Positions 36,824-45,752 of a DNA stretch of 64,000 bases are shown one piece after another; position 1 is the stretch's first letter, and the number at the start of each line of letters is the position of its first letter. Source of the DNA: a virus (Duplodnaviria; Heunggongvirae; Uroviricota; Caudoviricetes); the IMG/VR virus record IMGVR_UViG_3300029982_000015, one strand, 5' to 3'. The notes beneath the pieces were generated by a model. It had not been told where the DNA came from and did not search any database. It was given only the letters and a program-made list of their open reading frames with translations. The translations under genes and the position numbers were made by a program.

Positions 36824-37267
36824 ATGAGCGACAAGCTGGTGATTTTGTACCAAAAAATGGCCGACTTGACCGCCCCGGAGTGTGCCGGTGTGGGCGAAGG
36901 TTCCTGTCGTGTGCCTCACTCCTGCTGCGATCAGATGTCCTGTGACATCACTAAAAGCATTGCGAAGGACGTATGGGGTGTCACTGACCTTCCAGAGTAC
37001 CCTCCAACGAATCACCGAGGGGCCTACTACCTCGATGGCGACAAAGGCTGCACGGTCGCGCCACACCTTCGTCCGCATTGTGCTATGCACACATGCGCCG
37101 TGAACGGGCTTGGCTTCAAGCACGCTAATGGCGTCATCGACAAGAAGTGGACTCGTGACTACTTCAAGCTTCGGGGCAAGATTGAACGACTTGAGGCTGA
37201 GGTTCATCCGATTGGGCAATTGCTCTTGCTCGAAAAGAGGCTTAACGTGTTTGAGGACGAAAAATAA
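36824..37267 (+). CDS. Cys-rich protein
   Basis: CAGVGEGSCRVPHSCCDQMSCD...HCAMHTC. Confidence 0.45.
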   Translation: MSDKLVILYQKMADLTAPECAGVGEGSCRVPHSCCDQMSCDITKSIAKDVWGVTDLPEYPPTNHRGAYYLDGDKGCTVAPHLRPHCAMHTCAVNGLGFKHANGVIDKKWTRDYFKLRGKIERLEAEVHPIGQLLLLEKRLNVFEDEK

Positions 37268-37280
37268 TTACTAAAATCTA

Positions 37281-37310
37281 CAGCCAAACTCCAGCGAGTT
37301 CAGGTACTAT
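37281..37310 (+). promoter_or_regulatory. reiterated phage promoter (variant -10 TACTAT); leaderless
   Basis: CAGCCAAAC...CAGGTACTAT; ATG 37317 is 6 nt after the box. Confidence 0.45.
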
Positions 37311-37316
37311 AACGTA

Positions 37317-40300
37317 ATGGCATCGACTATTGTACGAATTGATAACCAAGTTTTGGTTCGCGACAAGGGTGAGGGTGAAATACTCCCGGTGGGAGCCCAA
37401 ATTGGAAATTGGTTTGTCAAGGGGGATATTGAGTACACCTACGAAATCCCCACACAAACCCGACTTTGTTTTTGTGGAAGGTGTAAGGGGCTTAACTGGC
37501 ATCATCCTCCGGGTTCAACTTTGATTGAATGCGGTAGCGGATTCAATCCGGCGTTAGCTCCTGACTTAATACAGGATGGCAAAGCCCGATATGAAATGGG
37601 GGCACGAACGGAGGAGGATTGCCTTCGTTTGTGGGATGAGAAAAAAGTAATCGCTGGAGCACTGCGTAACCCGAGTATTGAACACCCCGAGTGGGGCAAC
37701 CGCTTCAACAGGTACAACAAATGGGGGCAGTATCTTGGAATTCCCGACTACATCACAACCGATGAGTTGTTGAATCTCCTCCATTCAAACTACATCGAAG
37801 AGCGGCTGGCGTGGACTCGGGAAGCTACGCACGCAGCAACAGTTGAAATACGTTCAGCTTTTCAAAATCTTTTGCTGGCTGTCATTGGCGACTACGGTGG
37901 TTGCTTGGATGCATGTGCGAAGAAACTGAACTTGTCGGTCGAAACTCTCATCCAACGTTTGTGCGACTGCAAGAACGACGATGAGCGGCGGCAACTACTA
38001 GAAACCCCTAAGGAGCCTGAGACCCCTAAGGTTAGCCCCCCCGATACATGCCCGAAACCTGAAGACATCCCCACGTCTATCAAAAAACTTGACAAATTGA
38101 TGCGGACGTACCCCAGTGGATACTATGGCACGGCTGCAAATATACCTGAGATGTTAATACAACAGATGAACCAGTTACTGTGGATGCATTTAGAATTCCA
38201 CGGTCTCGAACGCTTACAACAGTGCCTTGCTGAGTGCATGACTGATACTCGTAAGCAATTTACAACCCTCTTTGAACAGGTGAAACGTTACCGAACCGAG
38301 AATCGCAACTGGATGCAAGCGTATTGCGTTTATTGGTTCGCTCACAGCGGACATCTTCTTGGGTTCAATCTAAGCGAGGCCGGAGCCGGAAAAACCAGCA
38401 CCGTATATGCAATTGCGAAGGAGTTGGAACTAGAGAATGTTCTTATCCTCGGTACAAAATCTACGATTGATAACGATAACGATAACGACAGTCAATGGAA
38501 GCTGATGGCAAAGAGGGAGAACGAGCACAGGCAAAACATCTTCAACTGCCGTGACGTATTCGACCTCAAGAAGTTGGAATCAAAGCGGCGTAATTATGTG
38601 CTAGTAACTGAGTACACGGTGCAGAACAACCCCGACCTAATTGACCAGCTTTCCAAGATTCGCTGGGATATGATTGTCACTGATGAGCCCCAAGTATTCT
38701 CCGGCTCTAATGATGATATAGACAGTACCAAACGGCTGAATCATTACTGTCGTCTTATTAGTGCAGCAATACAACTTAACCCTCGGTGCTTGAGGTACCT
38801 CATGTCAGCCACCCCCATTCGGTGTGAGGCCGAAGAGCTTATTCGAGTATTGGAGATAGTCTCAGGTGATGAACTTAAGAACGCAACTGGCGAGGGTGTA
38901 TCCGGCCTTTTGAAGCTCCGCTTGTTTCTGTTCCGCAATGGATTTCGCTTCTACATCAATCCTAACCTTCTACCCATTGTGAAGCCGATAACTCTTGGTG
39001 TATACGAAGAGGTTGAACTCTTCGAAGACCCAGTTGTGAACTGCGTCATTATGGCTCAGTATCAATCGAACATCCTTTCCGAGGGTCGCACGATACTGGA
39101 CATGGAGGTTGAAATGCTGCCGAGGCAGTGTGAGATTATCGAATCCAATCCAGTGCTTAAAAAAGCGTTTGTAGAAGCTTCATGCCCCATTCTTTATACA
39201 CAGTTCACCGACACAAAAAGCAATCGAATTGTCTTTGTGCTGAAAGAATGGGCTGAGAAAATGAGACCGGGGTACCCAGTGTACATCTACACTGGGATGC
39301 ACAAGCAAGACAAGCTGCTCAAAATCATTAAGAGGCATAAAGGTAAATGTACCCTCATTGCCAGTGCCCCCCTATCGGTTGGTCTGGACGGTCTTCAGAA
39401 TCTTTCTGACACCATGTTTATCATGGGCTCTCCGTGGCATTACGCTAACTTCGAGCAACTTCATCGCCGTATACGCCGCATTGGCTCACCCTTCTTGAAT
39501 TCTGGTGTGGCGTGCATCGTAATGCTGGCGAAGGATGCTGAGTATCACGAAAATCGTTGGTCACGGCTGTGTCAGCGGCGGCGAAGCAGCTTGGTTGTTT
39601 TAGATGGAACCATTGTCCCTATTAACCCAAAACGTATCGAACAGGAGTACCTCAGGAACAAGGATAACATCTTGCGGTTATCTGGAGTGGAAGTGACCCC
39701 CGCTGCCACCGTTGTGGATATTACCACGCCACTCAAGCCTCGGAAGTACACCCCACCTAGAACAGTAATGATGGATGTTCATCGGCTGTATGCGAACTCT
39801 CACTCAGCCACACTGCCACCCAAACGGCAAGGTGACCTGCTTATCGCTACCACGGGTAGAACATATAATCTAGCTGAGTATCATGCTGCCAATGAACTCA
39901 CCAGCAAAGCGTACAAGCTTGTGTATGATACCTTTGTAGTGAAGAGCACCAACCTACGTATTCTAAGCTTGGGCTGCGGTACAACTGAACCTAAGTATGC
40001 ACAGGAACTTGGCCTCCAGAATGTAACTTTTGTGGACATGCTCTTGACAGAGGAAGCGTATATTGAGTACCCTCAAATTTTACGACTCGACCGAAATGCA
40101 ACAAAACTTCCTGATGGTTCGTTCGACCTTATTGTGTCTGTCCTTTCAATATTCCGGTTGGATTACGAACGCAGCATCCGAGAAATGGCACGGCTATTAG
40201 CTCCTAAAGGCCGTGCCATCATTATTGAATCCTACCAATCTGAGAAAGCTGGTGGTAAACTTTGGGTACGGGAGAATTTAACCAAAGCATTCAAACTCAA

Positions 40301-40373
40301 CGGTCTGAAATTCAAAGAACCAAAACAGATGCCTAACCGGCATCTCCTGTTTGAAATACGAAAGGGGAGGTAG
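37317..40373 (+). CDS. SNF2/DEAD-like superfamily-2 helicase fused to a C-terminal class I SAM-dependent methyltransferase
   Basis: Walker A SEAGAGKTST, Walker B MIVTDEPQ, motif VI EQLHRRIRRIGS. C-terminal ILSLGCGTTEP (MTase motif I), DGSFDLIVSV, LLAPKGRAII. ~330-aa N-terminal region unassigned. Confidence 0.65.
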   Translation: MASTIVRIDNQVLVRDKGEGEILPVGAQIGNWFVKGDIEYTYEIPTQTRLCFCGRCKGLNWHHPPGSTLIECGSGFNPALAPDLIQDGKARYEMGARTEEDCLRLWDEKKVIAGALRNPSIEHPEWGNRFNRYNKWGQYLGIPDYITTDELLNLLHSNYIEERLAWTREATHAATVEIRSAFQNLLLAVIGDYGGCLDACAKKLNLSVETLIQRLCDCKNDDERRQLLETPKEPETPKVSPPDTCPKPEDIPTSIKKLDKLMRTYPSGYYGTAANIPEMLIQQMNQLLWMHLEFHGLERLQQCLAECMTDTRKQFTTLFEQVKRYRTENRNWMQAYCVYWFAHSGHLLGFNLSEAGAGKTSTVYAIAKELELENVLILGTKSTIDNDNDNDSQWKLMAKRENEHRQNIFNCRDVFDLKKLESKRRNYVLVTEYTVQNNPDLIDQLSKIRWDMIVTDEPQVFSGSNDDIDSTKRLNHYCRLISAAIQLNPRCLRYLMSATPIRCEAEELIRVLEIVSGDELKNATGEGVSGLLKLRLFLFRNGFRFYINPNLLPIVKPITLGVYEEVELFEDPVVNCVIMAQYQSNILSEGRTILDMEVEMLPRQCEIIESNPVLKKAFVEASCPILYTQFTDTKSNRIVFVLKEWAEKMRPGYPVYIYTGMHKQDKLLKIIKRHKGKCTLIASAPLSVGLDGLQNLSDTMFIMGSPWHYANFEQLHRRIRRIGSPFLNSGVACIVMLAKDAEYHENRWSRLCQRRRSSLVVLDGTIVPINPKRIEQEYLRNKDNILRLSGVEVTPAATVVDITTPLKPRKYTPPRTVMMDVHRLYANSHSATLPPKRQGDLLIATTGRTYNLAEYHAANELTSKAYKLVYDTFVVKSTNLRILSLGCGTTEPKYAQELGLQNVTFVDMLLTEEAYIEYPQILRLDRNATKLPDGSFDLIVSVLSIFRLDYERSIREMARLLAPKGRAIIIESYQSEKAGGKLWVRENLTKAFKLNGLKFKEPKQMPNRHLLFEIRKGR

Positions 40374-40377
40374 TAAC

Positions 40378-40677
40378 ATGGCAAAGTTAAAACTGGAATT
40401 GCAGCGTGGTGGGGTACAGTCTCTTGTGACCCCGAAGGGAACCAAAGTATTGACTGGAGTGCCGCGAGTTGTGGCAACCAAATTTGGTACATACTTTGTG
40501 TTTGCGAAGACAAACGAACATGCGGAGAGCCTCATCAAGGTCGAGGGAACCGGACACCGCGTGTTCGAAGAGTATACGGTTGATGGCGTCACTGTGTATC
40601 GTCAGACCAAGGACACACCCAACGGCCAACTTAAGAAGGGTGAGTGGCATGTTGACGCGGATACTGTAACCTTGTAG
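40378..40677 (+). CDS. small hypothetical protein between the helicase and the dCas12-like gene
   Basis: ATG 40378 after a GGGGAGG SD; 99 aa. Confidence 0.45.
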   Translation: MAKLKLELQRGGVQSLVTPKGTKVLTGVPRVVATKFGTYFVFAKTNEHAESLIKVEGTGHRVFEEYTVDGVTVYRQTKDTPNGQLKKGEWHVDADTVTL

Positions 40678-40742
40678 AATTGTCTGAAGCGCCGATGATG
40701 GCTCGAACAAGATTCTGCACAAGATTCTAAAGAAGGGACTCT

Positions 40743-43313
40743 ATGAATTTCTCAGAAGTAAAAGCACACAGTATCGACGGGGTGTTCTACCTGACGATGA
40801 GCACCCACCCCGAACTTGCCAAGAAGGGCCGTCCTTTGGCACTCGTCAAATCTGGAAGTATGACGTTCTCCGACAATCAAGTAGCATTCAAGGGAGAGTC
40901 TTATCCCTTGGGGCTCACTCTCGCTGAGAACACCCCTTTAACCATCATTTTCACCAACCACAACAGCCGAGTGTTCAACATCGAACGCGGTGTGCAAACC
41001 AAGAAGCTTGAGAACGGTGACCTTTTCTTCCAAGGCGAGAACCGCAACCATGGTAACAAGACCAAGGAAGAAATAGCAGCCAAAGGGACCGGCTACCTCA
41101 CCCTCAAGAACCGGCTGTTCTACCATCATCGTGGTGTGGAGACCTCCGGTGCAGTTTTACCCAAGTGGGCCGCAGATAAGAAGACCAACTGGCGCTTGGT
41201 ATGGAATATTCTCGCCTTGTTACTCCAATGGACTTTGCAGAAGAGCGAGGATGTTGGAGACACAACAACAAACTGGACACCACACATCAAAAGTGTTGCC
41301 ATGCTTCTAACCGACGATAGGGAGGTGTCTGCATACCGTCGCACGACGTTGTCAGCCGAATCCACGGCCATCATCGAGCGCATCCGCAAAGTGATTGTGG
41401 ACTCCATGAACGCTCACTATGCTACTCGTGGACGCGAGGCTAAGTTACCTCTCCCGAAAAATCTTCGCGACAACGCCAAATACCCAGCCAACTTTTCTGA
41501 CCTTCGCTACTTCATATACCGCCTCGACAAGTATGAGAAGGAAGAAAAGGTTAAGGTTCTCGTTTGTGGGGTGGCTGAGAGCGACCCGGAGACCCTTCTC
41601 GCTAATTATCTGAAAACAGAACTGGGTAAATTGAAACGCCACAAAGAGCCCCTCAAAGCACTCAAGGCGCTTTTCACCAATATAGAGGAAACCAACTGGG
41701 CCGATGGCATGGGGGAGGTCTGGATGAATGGTGCAAAGCCATGGAGCGGTAACCTCTTCAATTACATCGGCAAGATGCTGGCTGTCCCCCCCGCAGAAAT
41801 GGGTGAAATATCCACTCGCTTTCAAGCTGTGTTGAAACAGCGTGAATCGAAGAATAGTCCTTACGACAAAGGCTGGCCGAAACACATCCGCATTGATGAG
41901 GACACATGGCAGGTCTCCTACGACGTACGTGGAAAGAAAACCCTCCGGGAAGTGCTGGATAACAAGGTTCCGCATATCCAGTTCACCGCCCCGCTGGATT
42001 CAATCAACACTGGAAAAGCATTTCGTCACACCGTAACGGCTGTTGGCGACGACTTTGTGGTCACACCTGAGTTCAAGCCTATGACACCGGGCTCCTGCGC
42101 TGCCAAGCGGTCATTGCACGGCGTTTCACTCACCGATGGCAAGGGCACCGACCCCTTCAAGTTGGCCGTCCTAGTTCACCGTGATGATGTTGACCTGAAC
42201 GCTAAGGTGAAAAAGGTCATTGTGTCCTTCAAGACAGAGAAGCGCAAAGTGGTTAAATACGCCGACCAAAATGGTCGAAACTCTGGTCTTGCGGCACCAG
42301 CGACCAAGCAGGTGCCCCAGTGCTACCTCAACTTCTGCCTTGCAGAAGTCAAGACTAACGAGAAGTACGATACGCGGGGCACCGGGTCGGCAAAGCTCAC
42401 CCTCGGATGGAAGCTGGCGAAAGACGACCAGTTGAAAATCGTTACCGAGTCTCTTCCGACCGGGCAGACAAACGACTACTACTTGCCTCTCGGCGAAGAG
42501 TGGAAGACCGAAGGACTCTTCGCTGAAGGATGTGACAGCACGAAGAAGGGCAACGTTTGGTCGCGCAAGTCGGGGTATACACTGGCATTCCGCACGTTAT
42601 ACGGATGGCCGGGTGAGGAAGCCATTAAAAATGCCCAGAAGGCAGAACTTCAGGCACACTTCCGCACAAATACTTTGACGTACAATTGGCTTAAGACTAC
42701 CCTCTTGTCACTACCGGAGCAGCTTGACCTTCTGCTCAACGCGGCCAAGGATGAGGGGTACAAGCTTATGACTGAGGAGCAGCGGAACATTGTTGACGCG
42801 GCAGGTTGGCGTATGGTTCGCCAGTCTGGCATGGTTCGTTACATCAACGAACTCCGCATTGGTGCCGGGACGCTAACTACAACCTACAACACTAACCCAA
42901 GTCGTCAGAGCGAGAAGTCCAAACCGCTCGGCTCTAACCCCGAACTCCTTCGTCTCTGGCTTCGCTGGCTTGAGTTCAACGACCGCCTTCGCACTGTAGA
43001 GCGTATGGTGCGTGAGAACCTGTTGGGACGCCGTAAAGCTTACTACTATGTTCTCGCACACCGCATCTGCGACCATGCGTCAACCATCTCTTACAAGAAA
43101 TTGAACCTCAAGGACGCTTCAGAGAAAGAGACCCGCGCCAAGAAGAAGGACAAGGGCGACAAAATGGCTTCCGATGCTTCGCAGAAGTACCGCTCGTGGG
43201 CATCACTGGCCGAATTTACAACCATCCTCAAGCACGTCGCATTCAAGCGTGGCGTGACGGTCGAGGAGGTTGTTGAAGCCCTTGTTGACAAAGCTCTGGC
43301 CGCGTCAGCTTAA
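40743..43313 (+). CDS. putative nuclease-dead Cas12/TnpB-derived CRISPR-associated protein (C-terminally truncated RuvC)
   Basis: 856 aa, immediately 5' of the CRISPR array. AKLTLGWKLAKDDQ aligns with TnpB RuvC-I vGIDLGLKTLAtlSDG, with the catalytic D replaced by T. TISYKKLNLKDAS aligns with RuvC-II vIAlEDLNVkGMt, with E-D replaced by K-K. MASDASQKYRSWASLAEFTTILKHVAFKRGVTVEEV aligns with TnpB iSDAGWGEFRRqLEYKAeWYGreVVVV. The protein ends before the TSQ/zinc-finger/RuvC-III segment; no CxxC pairs. Confidence 0.45.
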   Translation: MNFSEVKAHSIDGVFYLTMSTHPELAKKGRPLALVKSGSMTFSDNQVAFKGESYPLGLTLAENTPLTIIFTNHNSRVFNIERGVQTKKLENGDLFFQGENRNHGNKTKEEIAAKGTGYLTLKNRLFYHHRGVETSGAVLPKWAADKKTNWRLVWNILALLLQWTLQKSEDVGDTTTNWTPHIKSVAMLLTDDREVSAYRRTTLSAESTAIIERIRKVIVDSMNAHYATRGREAKLPLPKNLRDNAKYPANFSDLRYFIYRLDKYEKEEKVKVLVCGVAESDPETLLANYLKTELGKLKRHKEPLKALKALFTNIEETNWADGMGEVWMNGAKPWSGNLFNYIGKMLAVPPAEMGEISTRFQAVLKQRESKNSPYDKGWPKHIRIDEDTWQVSYDVRGKKTLREVLDNKVPHIQFTAPLDSINTGKAFRHTVTAVGDDFVVTPEFKPMTPGSCAAKRSLHGVSLTDGKGTDPFKLAVLVHRDDVDLNAKVKKVIVSFKTEKRKVVKYADQNGRNSGLAAPATKQVPQCYLNFCLAEVKTNEKYDTRGTGSAKLTLGWKLAKDDQLKIVTESLPTGQTNDYYLPLGEEWKTEGLFAEGCDSTKKGNVWSRKSGYTLAFRTLYGWPGEEAIKNAQKAELQAHFRTNTLTYNWLKTTLLSLPEQLDLLLNAAKDEGYKLMTEEQRNIVDAAGWRMVRQSGMVRYINELRIGAGTLTTTYNTNPSRQSEKSKPLGSNPELLRLWLRWLEFNDRLRTVERMVRENLLGRRKAYYYVLAHRICDHASTISYKKLNLKDASEKETRAKKKDKGDKMASDASQKYRSWASLAEFTTILKHVAFKRGVTVEEVVEALVDKALAASA

Positions 43314-43320
43314 AAACGAG

Positions 43321-43357
43321 AAACGCGAGAGGATAATCAATACTCTTCTCGCGTTTT
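43321..43357 (+). terminator. hairpin terminator after 40743..43313
   Basis: AAACGCGAGA / TCTCGCGTTT 10-bp stem, 16-nt loop, TTTT. Confidence 0.4.
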
Positions 43358-43364
43358 CCTGAGG

Positions 43365-43391
43365 TTCTAGTTAAGGCAATTGGTGTATAAT
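43365..43391 (+). promoter_or_regulatory. sigma70-like promoter upstream of the CRISPR array
   Basis: TATAAT at 43386-43391 with TG just upstream; candidate -35 TTCTAG; 20 nt before repeat 1. Confidence 0.35.
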
Positions 43392-43411
43392 CTATGGGTT
43401 GGGGCTATCCT

Positions 43412-44187
43412 CCTGTAGACTTACTGGATTTGAAGGCTGAATCCAACATAGCCGCCGATGCGTATATAGGTTCCTAACCTGTAGACTTACTGGATTTGAA
43501 GGCTGAATCCAACGGGAGAGCCCGAGGATAAAATCAATGGAGACCTGTAGACTTACTGGATTTGAAGGCTGAATCCAACAGAGATGATTGTTAATGAAAA
43601 GACATCAACCCTGTAGACTTACTGGATTTGAAGGCTGAATCCAACGTAACTTGGGTTGTGCCATAGGTGGCAACACCTGTAGACTTACTGGATTTGAAGG
43701 CTGAATCCAACCCAGCATACTGAGGGCCGTCATTGGTTCTCCCTGTAGACTTACTGGATTTGAAGGCTGAATCCAACTAGATCAGGTATTCGGAGTCTGA
43801 GTAAAGCCCTGTAGACTTACTGGATTTGAAGGCTGAATCCAACAGTCAGCTTTGGCACACCTGTAGATTTACTGGATTTGGAGGCTGAATCCAACGGAGG
43901 GATGTACCGTTGAACGTCGAAACCTGTATACTGGATTTGGAGGCTGAATCCAACATATTGCTGCACCGCTTACTGGATTTGAAGGCTGAATCCAACGAAG
44001 CTTGCCTTGGTACTGTCCCTGTAGACTTTACTGGATTTGAAGGCTAAATCCACCTACGGAACGCAGCCGTGATGTCTTTGGGTTGCCCGTATACCCACTG
44101 GATTTGAAGGCTGAATCCAACCCTGATGGCACTCACGTGTGGATGGCGGAACCTGTAGACTTACTGGATTTGAAGGCTGAATCCAAC
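43412..44187 (+). CRISPR. CRISPR array: 13 repeats, 36-bp consensus, 12 spacers
   Basis: Repeats 1-7 and 13 are perfect; 30-nt spacers at 66-bp period. Repeats 8-12 are decayed or truncated with 15-32-nt spacers. The repeat 3' half forms a 5-bp stem plus AAC before each spacer (type V-like handle). Confidence 0.9.
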
Positions 44188-44271
44188 TTCGCTACGCTCA
44201 CGGGAATTATGCTCTGCAAATGGGTTTGTGGAACGAGCCCATCAAGAAGGGACTAAAAAAATCCCAAAAAA

Positions 44272-44302
44272 CTATCCAAAACCTCGGAGTCTCCGATATA
44301 CT
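44272..44302 (+). promoter_or_regulatory. reiterated phage promoter; leaderless
   Basis: CTATCCAAAACC...CCGATATACT; ATG 44309 is 6 nt after the box. Confidence 0.55.
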
Positions 44303-44308
44303 ACATGT

Positions 44309-44722
44309 ATGAAGGAACTCCACATTACCTCATCGAAGATTGTGGTCTCGGCCAACAACCTGTGTAAGTCTGGGTACTCCGTCAGCCACAACGTGAAGGG
44401 TATCCTCCCCGGATGTCGTAAAGTTGCCATCCTTTTTGTTTCAACCAGCACAGGCTGTGTCTGGGTCAAAAATCTGTACAGCCACAACGGTGAGGCACAC
44501 ATCCATCCCGACCACTGGGCACAGCTTATCAAGGCCACGCCGGTCGTCTCCTCCACACTCAGGAACTTTGAGGTTACCCTGACCCCTGCGATTATCGCGG
44601 ATGCTTACAACTACGTTACGAGCATCACTGTTGAACCGGCCATCAGGAGCCAAGAGAAGTCCCCCAACTACATACCGAAGCTCGACCCTATGGTGGTCGT
44701 AGGAGATTCCAATGGCAAGTAA
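44309..44722 (+). CDS. hypothetical protein
   Basis: ATG 44309 (MKELHITSS...) chosen by promoter geometry; the track ORF 44228 begins upstream of the promoter. Confidence 0.45.
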   Translation: MKELHITSSKIVVSANNLCKSGYSVSHNVKGILPGCRKVAILFVSTSTGCVWVKNLYSHNGEAHIHPDHWAQLIKATPVVSSTLRNFEVTLTPAIIADAYNYVTSITVEPAIRSQEKSPNYIPKLDPMVVVGDSNGK

Positions 44723-44856
44723 GCGTCAAACAAAAAAGAAAGAGCCTGTGACCTACGAGGATTTTCTCGCTCACGAGTGGGAACAGTGGGGGTCGTCCCG
44801 CGCTCATGAACGTGTAAACATCCCTGAGCCGTCGTAAACCGTATGATGCCGGTCGA

Positions 44857-45432
44857 ATGCCGCGTCTTTGTTGGTGGACTGAGGCCAACCCTCTCGCACT
44901 CGAAAGCGACACAGCGTTCTCCCGGCCACGCCTCAACACCAACTACATCCAGACTTCGTTGGATAGCCTGATTCACATGGTGTACCACCGGGGTCTCATC
45001 GACAGCCCCGACTATCAGCGGGGCTATGTCTGGACTCTGGAAGACAAGCAGAAACTTATTCGGAGCATTTTCAACCGGGCTGACATTGGCAAGTTCGTTT
45101 TCCTTGAGGATGAGAACTACCGTGAGTATCGGCTGGAAGTCATCGACGGCAAGCAACGGCTTCGGGCTATCACGGAATTTTACGAGGGTCGCTTCGAGTT
45201 TGAAGGTAAGACGTGGTATCAGCTTTCACGGCGGGACAAATATGCGTTCTGCGACATCATGATTCAAGCGGCTACGCTACAACGTGGTAAAGTCAAGCGG
45301 TCGGATGTTCTCTGGCTGTTTCTCCAGTTGAACGCTGGCGGCGTCCCTCAGACCGAGGAGCACATCGCCTACGCTCGTAAGCTGTACGAGGCTGAAATTG
45401 CGAACGAGAAGGACATGGAAATAATTTCCTGA
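44857..45432 (+). CDS. DUF262 / ParB-like nuclease-domain protein
   Basis: YQRGYVWT...IGKFVF...VIDGKQRLRAI (the DGQQR motif of DUF262/GmrSD N-terminal domain). Confidence 0.55.
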   Translation: MPRLCWWTEANPLALESDTAFSRPRLNTNYIQTSLDSLIHMVYHRGLIDSPDYQRGYVWTLEDKQKLIRSIFNRADIGKFVFLEDENYREYRLEVIDGKQRLRAITEFYEGRFEFEGKTWYQLSRRDKYAFCDIMIQAATLQRGKVKRSDVLWLFLQLNAGGVPQTEEHIAYARKLYEAEIANEKDMEIIS

Positions 45433-45437
45433 AATAG

Positions 45438-45468
45438 TATCCAAAACGTTGGTGTCTCCGATATACTA
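45438..45468 (+). promoter_or_regulatory. reiterated phage promoter
   Basis: GTATCCAAAAC...CCGATATACT. Confidence 0.55.
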
Positions 45469-45487
45469 ATCATGTGGAGGAAACACC

Positions 45488-45736
45488 ATGAACGAGTTGA
45501 AAGCCCGGAAAGTCGCAAACGAGAGGTTAGCTGCAATGCCGACCTACCACCCGTTCATCCCCATTGAAGACATCGACAGCATCCTGACCGCCGCAGGTTT
45601 CAACGGAATGGAACCCGCCATCTTCTGCGGTCGCGAAGGTCGCAGCAATGAGCCGGTTGGTGAGAAGACTTGGCTGAGCATGACTTGGTACAAGATGCCC
45701 TCCGGTAACTACGAAATCGTCGCTTACGTTAGCTAG
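45488..45736 (+). CDS. hypothetical protein
   Basis: GGAGG SD. Confidence 0.5.
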   Translation: MNELKARKVANERLAAMPTYHPFIPIEDIDSILTAAGFNGMEPAIFCGREGRSNEPVGEKTWLSMTWYKMPSGNYEIVAYVS

Positions 45737-45752
45737 GAAAGGACACAGGATT

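Noticed and set aside
40743-43313. Cas13-like (HEPN) identity for the 856-aa array-adjacent protein
   Set aside because: No paired R-x4-6-H HEPN motifs; the C-terminal third instead shows the RuvC-I/RuvC-II/bridge pattern of TnpB/Cas12
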